Shown here: in pieces, positions 1 to 13,351 of the stretch
Position numbering within the stretch: position 1 is the stretch's first letter
Layout: every line of letters starts with the position of its first letter
Assembly: GCA_964016885.1 (NCBI GenBank)
Contig: OZ024749.1
Span: forward strand, 36,642,001 to 36,706,000
Source: Eledone cirrhosa
Taxonomy: Eukaryota
Length of the DNA stretch: 64,000 nucleotides
Reading direction: 5' to 3'
Notes under the pieces: model-generated
The model's input: the letters and a program-made list of their open reading frames with translations, nothing else
Database searches by the model: none
Told to the model about the DNA's origin: nothing
Program-made: the position numbers and the translations under genes

Positions 1-1658
1 TGTGACCACTGCCAGTCTGTGGTGTGTGACCACTGCCAGTCTGTGCTGTGTGACCACTGCCAGTCTGTGCTGTGTGACCACTGCCAGTCTGTGCTGTGTG
101 ACCACTGCCAGTCTGTGTTGTGTGACCACTGCCAGTCTGTGGTGTGTGACCACTGCCAGTCTGTGTTGTGTGACCACTGCCAGTCTGTGCTGTGTGACCA
201 CTGCCAGTCTGTGGTGTGTGACCACTGCCAGTCTGTGTTGTGTGTGACCACTGCCAGTCTGTGCTGTGTGACCACTGCCAGTCTGTGCTGTGTGACCACT
301 GCCAGTCTGTGTTGTGTGTGACCACTGCCAGTCTGTGTTGTGTGACCACTGCCAGTCTGGGTTGTGTGACCACTGCCAGTCTGTGGTGTGTGACCACTGC
401 CAGTCTGTGTTGTGTGACCACTGCCAGTCTGTGCTGTGTGACCACTGCCAGTCTGTGGTGTGTGACCACTGCCAGTCTGTGCTGTGTGTGACCACTGCCA
501 GTCTGTGCTGTGTGACCACTGCCAGTCTGTGCTGTGTGACCACTGCCAGTCTGTGCTGTGTGACCACTGCCAGTCTGTGGTGTGTGACCACTGCCAGTCT
601 GTGCTGTGTGACCACTGCCAGTCTGTGCTGTGTGACCACTGCCAGTCTGTGCTGTGTGACCACTGCCAGTCTGTGCTGTGTGACCACTGCCAGTCTGTGC
701 TGTGTGACCACTGCCAGTCTGTGGTGTGTGACCACTGCCAGTCTGTGTTGTGTGACCACTGCCAGTCTGTGCTGTGTGACCACTGCCAGTCTGTGCTGTG
801 TGACCACTGCCAGTCTGTGCTGTGTGACCACTGCCAGTCTGTGCTGTGTGACCACTGCCAGTCTGTGTTGTGTGTGACCACTGCCAGTCTGTGCTGTGTG
901 ACCACTGCCAGTCTGTGCTGTGTGACCACTGCCAGTCTGTGCTGTGTGACCACTGCCAGTCTGTGTTGTGTGACCACTGCCAGTCTGTGGTGTGTGACCA
1001 CTGCCAGTCTGTAGTGTGTGACCACTGCCAGTCTGTAGTGTGTGACCACTGCCAGTCTGTGTTGTGTGACCACTGCCAGTCTGTGCTGTGTGACCACTGC
1101 CAGTCTGTGTTGTGTGACCACTGCCAGTCTGTGCTGTGTGACCACTGCCAGTCTGTGTTGTGTGACCACTGCCAGTCTGTGCTGTGTGACCACTGCCAGT
1201 CTGTGTTGTGTGACCACTGCCAGTCTGTGCTGTGTGACCACTGCCAGTCTGTGGTGTGTGACCACTGCCAGTCTGTGTTGTGTGACCACTGCCAGTCTGT
1301 GCTGTGTGACCACTGCCAGTCTGTGCTGTGTGACCACTGCCAGTCTGTGCTGTGTGACCACTGCCAGTCTGTAGTGTGTGACCACTGCCAGTCTGTGCTG
1401 TGTGACCACTGCCAGTCTGTAGTGTGTGACCACTGCCAGTCTGTAGTGTGTGACCACTGCCAGTCTGTAGTGTGTGACCACTGCCAGTCTGTAGTGTGTG
1501 ACCACTGCCAGTCTGTAGTGTGTGACCACTGCCAGTCTGTGTTGTGTGTGACCACTGCCAGTCTGTGCTGTGTGACCACTGCCAGTCTGTGCTGTGTGAC
1601 CACTGCCAGTCTGTGCTGTGTGACCACTGCCAGTCTGTGGTGTGTGACCACTGCCAGT
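1..1658. repeat. 24-bp minisatellite (TGTGTGACCACTGCCAGTCTGT+2 variable nt), runs off the window start
   Basis: About 68 near-perfect units; variation largely confined to the GC/GG/GT/AG dinucleotide, with occasional +TG insertions. Confidence 0.97.
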
Positions 1659-1729
1659 CCTCCACCCATCTATCTCATGACATTGTCACATGTACAGTTG
1701 AATGAATTTTCTGTGTCTCTGCTCTATCT

Positions 1730-2330
1730 AACAACTGTTGTGAGCTCTATGTTGTTTGTATATATCTGACAACTGTTGTGAGCTCTATGTTGTTTGTATA
1801 TATCTGACAACTGTTGTGAGGTCTATGTTGTTGGTATGTATCTGGCAGCTGTTGTGAGGTTTATGTTGTTGGTATGTATCTGACAGTTGTTGTGAGGTCT
1901 ATGTTGTTGGTATGTATCTGACAGCTGTTGTGAGGTCTATGTTGTTGGTATGTATCTGACAGTTGTTGTGAGGTCTATGTTGTTGGTATGTATCTGACAG
2001 CTGTTGTGAGGTCTATGTTGTTGGTATGTATCTGACAGTTGTTGTGAGGTCTATGTTGTTGGTATGATCCTGACAGCTGTTGTGAGGTCTATATTGTTGG
2101 TATGTATCTGACAGTTGTTGTGAGGTCTATGTTGTTGGTATGATCCTGACAGCTGTTGTGAGGTCTATATTGTTGGTATGTATCTGACAGCTGTTGTGAG
2201 GTCTGTGTTGCTGGTATATACCGCACAGCTGTTGTGTGTCTGCTCTCTTACAAATTGCGATGTTGTGTGTCTCTCTGCTCTATCTAACAGCTGTTGTGAG
2301 GTATGTGTTGGTATATATCTGACAACAGTA
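1730..2330. repeat. 38-bp minisatellite, decaying downstream to ~2900
   Basis: ACAGCTGTTGTGAGGTCTATGTTGTTGGTATGTATCTG, period 38. Confidence 0.92.
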
Positions 2331-3544
2331 ATGTGTCTCTGTTGTAATAGTGTGTTTGGTGGTATATAGATCACAACTATGACTCCACTCTCACAACTTT
2401 TGTGAGGTATGCAATAATATTACTGTATTTTTATTGTTAGTATCTCACAAATGTTTGTTAGATTGTATGTGTTTATGTAATTCACACTTGTTAGGTTTGC
2501 AAATTTTTTAAACTCATCTCACAATTGTTGTTAGCTATGTGATGTGTAGTTACACAACTGTTGTTAGATTTGTGATTCTTTTGTCTGTTTCACAACTGTT
2601 ATACTTGTGATCAGTAGCGTATCTCACAATTGTTAGGTTTGTGATTTTATAGCCTGTCTCACAGCTGTTGTTAGGTTTGTGATTCTATCACCTGTATCAC
2701 AAATGTTAGGTTTGTAGTTCTATAGTCTCTCACGGAAATGTTATTAGGTGTATGATTTTCACAAATGTTTTCAGCTGTGTTGCAGTGTCCTTATCATTGC
2801 ATGGTGTTAAGTTGTACCATTCTGTGTATGAATTGTTGTCTGGCTGTGATGTTGTGATGTTAATTATGACCTTTGTTTTATATCTCACAGCAGATATGCA
2901 CAACTGTTATTGCAGTCTTCAACAGTGAGAAAGAACTATTCCTCAAAGAGTAATGAGTAATGTAATGGGTGCCATTCTTCTGAGAATCTCTCAATATTCT
3001 TTGAGGACTCGTAAAATGTTGGGGAAGAGGGAGAGAACATTTTGTTGGTGCTTTTCCCCATGGAAAATGTATGATACAATCCAATGTGAATCCTTAGTTG
3101 AGACAGCTCTGCTACTTGTGTTTCTAATACTGGGCAGGTCATGAACACCACAAACTCCCATTTTCTTTCTAATATGACTCTAAGGTTTAGGTATTTCAGA
3201 AATCCTTATTTTCAAATGTTTGCTATGAAGTATATTTAAATTCAAAGTTGGCAGAGTTGTTATATAGCACCGGATGGAATACTGCAGCATTTGATCTGGC
3301 TCTCCCGTTATGGGAAACTTTGCCTTTCATCCTTTCAGGGTTGATAAAGTACCATTCAGTAAGCAGAATTGTTAAAGAGTCAGTTAGAGTGCTGTGCAGT
3401 GCCTGATTCAGCTCTGTGCCTTCAGAGTTCAAAATCTACCTCCTACCTGAAGATGTGACCAGTAGATAGTATCAGCAATAGAAAGACCAATGGAAACATT
3501 GTTTCCTTGGTTCTGTCTAATGATTGGCTTTTTTCCCTTTTTAG

Positions 3545-3593
3545 AATCCCAATGAAGAGGGAAATTTGTTGAAAATCAGGGAAACATATACTG
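3545..3593 (+). CDS. Weak candidate dlg1 HOOK exon (49 nt, phase 0-1): NPNEEGNLLKIRETYT(G)
   Basis: Branch-like ctaat, polypyrimidine tract and tag acceptor; donor CTG|gtgact is only moderate. Phase fits upstream of the 7423 exon but no recognisable homology. Confidence 0.25.
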
Positions 3594-4559
3594 GTGACTG
3601 GATATAACATATTTGAAGCTGATACAAGGTCTCTTTCTAACCCCTTACACAGATATTGGGTTTTGGGCTCTTTCCCATGTGTCTGTTATCATTCTGAGTA
3701 CCACTGCTGTTTATAGGTTGATACCAGAGATACACCGGTGTCTATTATGTCAAGAGTACACCACTGCTGTCTCCATGGTGCATCACTAATGCCCATAGCA
3801 AAATCACTCATGTCTTCTGTCTCCATGGTACACCACTGCTGTCCGTTATGTGACCTTCCCCGCCTCCACCCCCCCGTCCACTACAATTATCTGTGTTCTC
3901 TGGACCAGTTCTAAGAGCAGCCAATTATTCTCAGAACTGGAACATTCTCTGCCATTTAATGCCATTGTTGAAAACCAATATTCAAATGTTTGTCTCTGCT
4001 GTATTAATCCACGTAAAATAATTGCTCTTCCTCCTCCCTCATCTCTCCCCCTGCTATCCCTCTCCTCTCCACCAATAATTCTTCCATCTTACTGACCATT
4101 TCCATTATGATGTCCATTTATAGGAAATAACAAAAGATTCTTCTTCATCTTGTCTTCTTTTTTTCTTTATTATTATTTTTGTCTTATTTTATTCACTGTA
4201 AATTTGTTCATCTCTCGTTAAAATGAATCAGATTTATTAATTTGTTGTCTCAGACCAAGATTTCTCTCATCTCATCAATTGATCAATCAATATTGGCTTC
4301 TTAATTTAGAATTATTGTCCAGATTACTGTTTAGATTGTTTAGTGTTTAAAAATTCTTTTTACCAGAATATTTCCAGCCAATATTTCATCTTTAATGTTA
4401 TTTTTTTCATTTCTGCACTTATTTGTATATTACACAATTTTCTGTCATCATCATCATCATCATTGTTATTATTTGACTATTTATCACGACCAACTTTGAT
4501 GTTGCTTCGGGCTGGTTATTTTAGGGAATACTGGACTACAACTAGTAACCTGTGGTAAC

Positions 4560-5225
4560 TCCAATATTGTTGTATCATTCCTTGATAGAGCGTCTGACAC
4601 AATGCTTTGCATCATAGATATGGCCCTTTACATTCCTAGTTCAAATCCTTCTGAGGTTAGCTTTGCCTTTCATCCTTTTTAGATCGATAAAATAATGTAC
4701 CAGTACCAAACTGGGGTCAATTTAATCAACTTTCTCCTCCCTCCAAAGAATTACTGGCCTTGTGCCTAAAGTAGAAACAATTATTATGAAGGACTGTGAA
4801 TTAGCAATCGTTAATGCATTGGATGAAATGCATTTCATTATTTCATTACGTCCCTCTATAATTCTAAGTCCAAATCTTTTTCAAGTTACCTTTGCTTTTG
4901 ATCCATCCGGTAAGTGGATAAAATAAAGTACCAGTCGAGTACTGGGGTCAATATAATTGACTTATTTTTACCCCTAAAAATTGCTGGCCTTATGCCTAAA
5001 TTAAAAGTCATTATTATTATTTTTTTAGTAGTAATAGTAGTAGTCATGCTTTGCAGCATAGAGTTACAGCTCTTTACGTTCTGATTTCAAATCCCATCAA
5101 GATTAACTTTGCTTTTCATCCTTACAGGGGTCTATAAAATAAAGTACCAGTCACACACTGGGGTCGATTTAATCGACTTTCCTCTCCTCAAAATTGCAGG
5201 CCTTGTGCCTAAAGTAGAAAATTAT
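4560..5225 (+). mobile_element. Three tandem degenerate copies of the dominant tRNA-SINE
   Basis: Repeated B-box plus CTTTCATCC...GTACCAG...GGCCTTGTGCCTAAAGTAGAAA. Confidence 0.85.
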
Positions 5226-5719
5226 TATTAGTAATAGTATTACAAACTTATTTAAAAATTAGAAACCATTACTACTACTACTACTACTACTACTCTTACT
5301 ACTACTTCTACTGCTACAAGTACTATTACTATTATTTCTATTTTCTTTTTCCATTTCCTTTTCAGTATTCTTCAATGTACAATCTCACTTCCTTATTATC
5401 TTCCAATGTTTTTCTCAATTTACTTTACTAAGTGTTTATTCAAGTAACCATGACAACGCCCACTAAATAACCATGACAGCACTCTCAGACGTCTCTCATT
5501 AGTATTTACACAATTCCTACTTAATCTTAACATATTAAGTCCTCAACACTGTTTCACACAGTTTCTAGTTGGTGCTTCCTATAATTGGATAGGTTATTAT
5601 TTCATTCAAATCGTGGATTAATTTAATGTTTCCATTCCTCACTTGTCTCAGTTTGAAATTGATGTAATTTATTCTGTGGATCAGTCTTAAATCAGCCGAC
5701 TATCAACCAGTTTTAAAGT

Positions 5720-6060
5720 TGATCTCAGTAGATCAGTTTTAAAACTTGGCTTCAGTAGATCAGTTTTAAAACTTGGCTTCAGTAGATCAGTTTTAAAACT
5801 TGGCTTCGGTAGATCAGTTTTAAAACTTGGCTGAAGTTCATAAGTTTTAAAATTGATCTCAGTTCAGTTTTTAAGCTGTTTCAGTGAACTGGTTTTTGTG
5901 GATCAGTTTTAACATTGTTTTCTGTGGACTAATGTTAAATTTAGTTTCCATGGATCAATTTCAAAATTGGTTTCCATGGACCAATTTCAAAATTGGTTTC
6001 CATGGACCAATTTCAAAATTGGTTTGAGTGGACTAATATTAAATTTAGTTTCCATTGAAT
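5720..6060. repeat. 26-27-bp minisatellite; related array at 7850-8110
   Basis: CAGTAGATCAGTTTTAAAACTTGGCTT here versus CAGTTCATCAGTGTTAAAACTGATCT at 7850-8110. Confidence 0.85.
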
Positions 6061-6701
6061 TATTCTGGAATATTTCAATATAAAAATCGATCTCTTGTAC
6101 TAAAATTTTAAATAGAACATTTACTGAAGTAGTTCTTTCTTTAATTGCTTGTCTAGTGGCACAGTAAACTACTTGAGTCTTTCAGTCCTTCCTCTTGTTA
6201 ACATAACCTGATTGTGAAAACACAATACACACACAGGTATATGTATATATATATATAATATATATTCTTTTGTCATATGTCACACATTGCTGACTTCCAA
6301 AACATCTATTATTAATATTAACTGTAGAAAGTCACTTTTTTTCCAGCTGAGTGGAGTTTTTTTTTGGGGGGGGGGGGGGGGGGTTAACAGTGACAATTAT
6401 ACTGATTGTATTGAAGGAAAAGTGTAACACTATCATTGTACACCCACACATGCTCTCTCTCTCTCTTTCATCATTATCCTTATTGTCAATTTATGTTTTT
6501 CTTACTTTACTCTAGTTTTCACTCCTGTATTACTAATTTACATTGTATTGGCTTTCTCAAAATGATCCTCATTATTATCATCATCATCATCATTATTATT
6601 ATTATTATCATATCATCATCATCATCATCATGATTATTATTATTTTTATTATATACCCACTCTTAAAATACATGTCATTATATGAACTGGTTTTGGATGT
6701 A

Positions 6702-6755
<54 letters not shown>

Positions 6756-6807
6756 ACATACATATAATACATACATATATATATGTGTGTGTGTGTGTGT
6801 GTGTATG

Positions 6808-6846
<39 letters not shown>

Positions 6847-7422
6847 TGAAATTGATCCATGGAAACTAAATTTAACATTAGTTCACGGAAACCAATTTTA
6901 AATATATATATATATTCTATTCACTATGTTATCACAGGCAGGAAATATCTATTTACACCTACACACTCAGACACACATCCAATCTTATATTAAAAACAAA
7001 CTCCATATTTAACATTGCAACACTTAATTGCCTTATTACAACACTTAATTGCCTTATTCATTGTTAATGTAATCCAATAAGTGAATATTTTAATAATAAT
7101 AAAGTTATATATTTCAGTAACTATGATACCATTAGAAACAAATCCAGAATCCAACCAACCATCTAAAACCATTTTTTTCTGTTACAAATTTCTCAAAGAC
7201 TGATTGTTGTTATTTGTATGTATGTATGTATGTATGTTGTTTACACTGGGTTATTTATATATATATTTATATATTTCCTCTGTGTGTATATATATATTAT
7301 TGACTGACTTTTTACTTCCTCCCATTGCCCTTTCCAAAAAAAAAAAAAAAAATCCATACATCTATCTATCTGTCTGTGTGTCTGTGTCCTACAATCAACT
7401 TGATCCTATCTCATTACTACAG

Positions 7423-7458
7423 GTGGATTAGCCAGTGATTGTAGGGAAGGTAGTCTTC
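7423..7458 (+). CDS. dlg1: Probable dlg1 HOOK-region microexon (36 nt): xGLASDCREGSL
   Basis: tactacag|GTGG...CTTC|gtaagt; perfect donor, phase 1-1, no stop. Joining to 15248 gives ...GSL-R-GDEPILSYE, resembling vertebrate DLG1 '...ASDSESSY-R-GQEEYVLSYE'. Confidence 0.68.
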
Positions 7459-8346
7459 GTAAGTAATATCTTCCTTCAACTTTATCATTAAAAAAACATC
7501 AATGGGACAAGTCTGTTTTTTTTTTTTTCTTTTTCATTTCATTTAATTTTTCTTTTCTTTTCTTTATTTTACCTTTAAAGCTTGCTCGGGCTCTGGTGTC
7601 TTCTGTTTCTTCTTTTATATCCTTGCTAAATCTATTCTTGCTTCTCTTATCATCTCACTCTTCCCTATCTGTCTGTCTATCTATCTACCTATCTATCTGT
7701 CTATCTATATCTCTTTCTGTCTGTCCATCTGTCTGCCAATGAAGTCGCAAGAAGGATTAAGGATTACCATGTTAATACCTCCAAAATCATGGAATCATTT
7801 CAGTTTTTTTATGCCTCATGGTGCCCCAGACACTTTTAGCTCCTTCATCGCAGTTCATTAGTGTTAAAACTGATCTCAGTTCATCAGTGTTAAAACTGAT
7901 CTCAGTTCATCAGTGTTAAAACTGATCTCAGTTCATCAGTGTTAAAGCTGATCTCAGTTCATCAGTGTTTGAACTGATCACAGTTCATCAATGTTAGAAC
8001 TGGTCACAGTAGATCAGTGTATGAACTGGACACAGTGGATCAGTGAACACTGCTCTCAGTTCATCAGTATTAAAACTGGTCTCAGTGGATCAGTGTTCAA
8101 ACTGGTTTCTGTGCTTCAATCAATGTGTCATGACATCTCAGAATTTAGCAGTTTCCCAACAGTTCCTTTCCCATAGCTCCTGTTTCAGAACCCGTTAAAG
8201 TAACCCAATTTTTTTCTAGGGAGTCCACCTCGACTTATAGCTCCCACACTCCCTATCATTTATTACCTTTGAACATCAAAAACAACAACAATAACATTAA
8301 CAAAATTGTTTTTGTTTTTTGTTTTGTTATTCTATATATTTTTTAG

Positions 8347-8376
8347 TCATTAAAAGACGAATCCCATCAAGTAGAG
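8347..8376 (+). CDS. dlg1: Candidate dlg1 alternative microexon (30 nt): LIKRRIPSSR(G)
   Basis: Long T-rich tract, then ttttag|TCATT...GTAGAG|gtaaga; phase 1-1, open and frame-preserving between 7458 and 15248. Confidence 0.55.
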
Positions 8377-10005
8377 GTAAGACTCTGGTGAGCTCAGTCT
8401 CCGATCCTGTTTTAAGTTCCAGTTGTAGTGATTTCACTTCACTCATCTTATAATAGTTGTCTCAGTCTTCACACAACCCTACTTCCTCCCCCCCCCCCCA
8501 CCTGCTCTCCCTTGTGAAGGAGGAGGAGGAAGTGTTGTTGTGAGGTAGAGAACTAAACTTCATTGTTATCAGTCCTAGTTCTAATCCATTTCACTTACAT
8601 CACGAATGTCTTAGAGAAAGGCATGACACCCATCACATCACATATTACTACACAATGATGGTCTTAATTCTTCTCCTCCCTTACATATTTCTGATATGTT
8701 GCTTATTTAAGAAATTTATTTTCGAACCAATACCTCATGGTGCTGACTTTGTAACTGGGGCCAGAACAGGTGGGTGGGATGATAATGTCAGTTTGCTGAC
8801 CAAAGGAAATAACTACTACATAGTCAATACATTATTTAACCTTTTTCATACCAACATGCTTAAAACCGTCCCTAGATCTGTGATATAAAACCTATATTTC
8901 AAAGTGTTTAAAAAGCTTCCATCATAATTTTATGTAAAAACCATTGTAAAGTTATGTTCTAAACATCAACTTAACGAGAAAGTGATATTACTAAATGCCC
9001 TTTCAATTTTTTGATTATTTTCAAAATGATTTCAAAATCAAAGACAGTGCCTTTCCTGAGAAATATGCCAACAAGAGGGCTAACTTCTGTGTTTCTATTT
9101 CTTGTTATTGCCAATTCACTCCAGCAGTTACATTCTTAGTTCCTTTGGAAAACATGATTAACACAACATCCTATTCCTGTAGAAGTATGTGGCCATGTCT
9201 GTACACCCATACATTATATATGAACAACTATCTACGCACTGTAGAAATTGAAATTTACAGCTTACGCTGATGTAGGCTTAGCCAACCTCCCTCATGGTTG
9301 TATCTCATAAGAGGTTTCTCAAGTGTTTTAATGATAAGGGCTCTAATTCTATCATGGTGTCACAGCTCACACCTGCATAGGTTTAGCTGGCCACTGACAA
9401 GGTTCATCTCGTAGAAGGTATTTCAATAATAGAAAACACGTGGTCCTGTCGTTGAGCTCCTATTATCAAGCATCTTTTTCAAGAACATAACATGCTGACC
9501 AGTCCATGGCTTGAACTCATGACCTTCACGTAGGCCAAGCACCTTCACATAGACACATAAAAACCAATCAAATTCCTGAAGTAGAACAGAACCCTGCCCT
9601 GGATACTCCATTAACTGGTAGTTCCACCACCACCACCCTATAATTACCATTTTCACTTCTACCATTGTCATCCTTCACCTTTCATGCGGCACATCTTGCA
9701 CATTCCATCTTATGTATTGTGTGTATCACTAGCAGCTACTGTCTACTCACCACTCTATATATACAGCTAAGCTTCACCACACATATATATGTATATTTGC
9801 TCTCTGTCTATCTATCTAGATGTTGGTCTTGCTATCTGTTGGTCTATATATAGCTAGCTGTCTATCTATCCATCTAGCCATCTGTCTTTAAATTTATGTT
9901 TGGTCTATCTATCTATCTATCTATCTATCTATCAATCAAAAATTTCTGTTTGATCTATCTATATGACATATCAATCTATCTACATATATCTGTATATATG
10001 TTATG

Positions 10006-10063
<58 letters not shown>

Positions 10064-10086
10064 TCTCTCTCTCCGTCTCTCTTGTG

Positions 10087-10132
<46 letters not shown>

Positions 10133-10208
10133 TTTGTAAAGTACTCTGTTACAGAAAGAGGCTACAATTAAAATAAGATACTCAATACATCAAATAGAGG
10201 GGGTATAT

Positions 10209-10250
<42 letters not shown>

Positions 10251-10506
10251 CTTTCTTCCTTGCTCTGTTTCTTTTCCTCATTTGCCTATCTCTTTCTGTT
10301 TCTTACCTGTCTACATTTATATACACCTCTCAACATGTATGTATAATTTCTTTTATGTTGATGTATTTATTATGCGTGTGTGTACATGGATAGTGTATAT
10401 ATGACTACTGCGTGTATGTAAAGTACTTATGGGTATGTGTGTTATCTATGTTAGTATATGAACTATGTGTATATATATATAGGTGAGTATATGTTTGTCA
10501 TTATAT

Positions 10507-10540
<34 letters not shown>

Positions 10541-10865
10541 AGTATATGAGGATGTGTATGTATGTATATAAGTTGTAGCTCACCACATCATATCAACTGC
10601 AGCCGTTTTACTGTAACTCTTAAACAGGACACTTTATTCCTCATGCCTCAGTTTTACCTCTTAGTCAGACTGTATGTAAGTACCTAGAGCACTACACATA
10701 GCTGTGTAGTTGCAAACATCAAGTTCTAGGTTCAATCCCACTCCTTGGAAGCTTACACAAATGTGTGTGTATGTATGTGTGTGTGTATATATATATATAT
10801 ATAGGTATGTATAAATGCGTGTGTGTGTGTGTATAAATATATATATATATATAGGTATGTATAAA

Positions 10866-10925
<60 letters not shown>

Positions 10926-10981
10926 TATGTATAAATGCGTGTGTGTGTGTATAAATATATATATATATAGGTATGTATAAA

Positions 10982-11041
<60 letters not shown>

Positions 11042-11179
11042 TATGTATAAATGCGTGTGTGTATAAATATATATATATATAGGTATGTATAAATGTGTGT
11101 GTGTATATATATATATAGGTATGTATAAATGCGTGTGTGTGTGTGTATAAATATATATATATATAGGTATGTATGTGTG

Positions 11180-11210
<31 letters not shown>

Positions 11211-11976
11211 TATGTATATATAGAAAAGATGAATATAAAATGAAAGTGCTTTTATAAAGGAATTTATTAGGTATTGACATATGTTTCTGTAACAGAAACA
11301 TATGTCAATATAAATATGTGTATATATATATAGGTATGTATAAATGCGTGTATATACATATAGGTATGTATAAATGCGTGTATATATATATAGGTATGTA
11401 TAAATGTGTGTGTGTATATATATATAGGTATGTATAAATGCGTGTGTGTGTATATATATATATAGGTATGTATAAATGCGTGTGTGTGTATATATATATA
11501 GGTATGTATAAATCTGTGTGTGCGTTTATACAAAGTATGCGTGTGTGTATATATATATATATGTGTGTGTGACCGTATTACACCTTTTTGTTCCATGTGT
11601 AAACATACACACACACATTATTCTAAATAAATAAATAGAATATTGTCATAAATGCTGTTTAAAACGTTTCTCTTCTTTTTTTCAGTTTACAACCCACATT
11701 AACCCCCAGTCCTATGTGTGTGTGTGTGTATCTGTGTGTGTCTCTGTATGTGTACTGCTCTGTATGTATGTATATATGCGTGTGTAGTGTATTGTACTGT
11801 ATTTATGTGTTTGTTTTTGTCTATATGTGTTCTGTATGTATGTATATATGCATGTGTAGTGTATCAGTTTGGTCTCTATAATGTGTGTGTTCTGTATGTA
11901 TATATATATATATGTGTGTGTATTGTACTGTATGTAGGTGTGTGTGTATGAGTATACTGTACCATATGTATTTATG

Positions 11977-12073
11977 TAGGGTGTATCAAAATGAATCATC
12001 CTCTTTCAAAAGGGTGTATTTGTTTCATAAATGTAACTTTTTGAAATCTGATGAAACTTTTTGATACACTTTG
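11977..12073. mobile_element. Tc1/mariner-type MITE (~97 bp)
   Basis: TAGGGTGTATCAAAA ... TTTTGATACACTTTG followed by TA; imperfect CAGGGTG-type TIRs. Confidence 0.6.
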
Positions 12074-12557
12074 TATATGTATGTGTGTATGTGTACTATA
12101 CTATATGTATGTATGTTTGTTTGTTTACTCTACATATGTATATCTGTTTATTCTACATATATATGCGTTTGTGTGCTCTACTATGTATGTCTGTTTGTGT
12201 ACTCTACATATCTATATCTGCTTGTGTACTCAACACATATAAATGATGTAATCTACTACCCCTATCCCCAAGTCCCTACTCCATAACTGAAACACACCAT
12301 TAACTGTTCACAATATTTACATTATTATTTAGACTATTAATATTTCATCATCTTGCCATATTTTCATGTCTTCTGTTGAACCCTATACAGTCTTTACTGG
12401 TATTACTGTCAAAGACATTCTTTCTTTTCATGTCTTATTTTTCATTGCCAAGATTTTGTTAAATTTAATAATCTCCTCATTGCTACCTACAGTTGTCTCC
12501 TCTCAATCATTTCATGTATGTATTTGTAAATATATATATATATATAAATAAATATAT

Positions 12558-12953
12558 ATAATATATAAGATCAAAAGATGGTTAAATGAGTTCCATGTAT
12601 TTTATTATGCGCATTTCAAAAACAAATATCATCATATTTATCTGATGAAAACACAATAACATTTGTGTTTTCATCAGATAAAATAGGAAGACATGATATG
12701 AAGGTTAAAAACACTTCTGGATAGTGCAGTTTTAAATCAACATATATATCATGTCTTACTATTTTATCTGATGAAAACACAAATGTTATTGCATGATGAT
12801 ATTTGTTTTTGAAATGCGCATAATAAAATACATGGAACTCATTTAACCATCTTTTGATCTTATATATTATGTGTACTCCAGTCCTACAAACTGTAGAGTG
12901 CTTCTTATCTGATATCTGCATTGCTTTATTGTACTAAAATAAAACTCACCTCC

Positions 12954-12956
<3 letters not shown>
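12558..12956 (+). mobile_element. (TA)n-inserted fold-back PLE pLTR-like element, family A
   Basis: Flanked by TA tracts; arms ~12558-12700 and ~12746-12870 are inverted copies. Near-identical to 26911-27330 in opposite orientation; contains a hammerhead. Confidence 0.8.
12761..12829 (+). ncRNA. Minimal type I hammerhead ribozyme
   Basis: attttat-CTGATGA-(stem II aaac...tttt)-GAAA-tgcgca-TA-ataaaat. Stem I attttat/ataaaat, palindromic stem III ATGCGCAT, predicted AUA cleavage after 12822. Confidence 0.8.
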
Positions 12957-13033
<77 letters not shown>

Positions 13034-13314
13034 ATATGATATAAGGTGTTGAATAAAAAACATTTCTCACATAAGTTATATTTAAATGGCTATGCTTCCA
13101 AATATGACCATCCAATCATTTTAAATATAACTTATTCGTTATGTGCTTAACATTTTTTTTTTTATTTAACACCTTAAATTGTATTTGTTTCTATATGTAT
13201 ATATGTATTAAAGCCTGGTTAGTTTCTCAGTTGATATATCTCTATATATCATGTAAACTTATCTTATAATATGGATGCTCCAAACAAAAGTTTATTGACC
13301 TTTTTCTGAGAAAC

Positions 13315-13351
<37 letters not shown>

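Noticed and set aside
1-1769. CxxC-repeat ORFs (CDHCQSVL / CVTTASLC) resembling a metal-binding protein; array superficially CRISPR-like
   Set aside because: Pure 24-bp tandem repeat with frame-breaking +2 insertions, no unique spacers and no cas genes; probably intronic in a eukaryotic gene.
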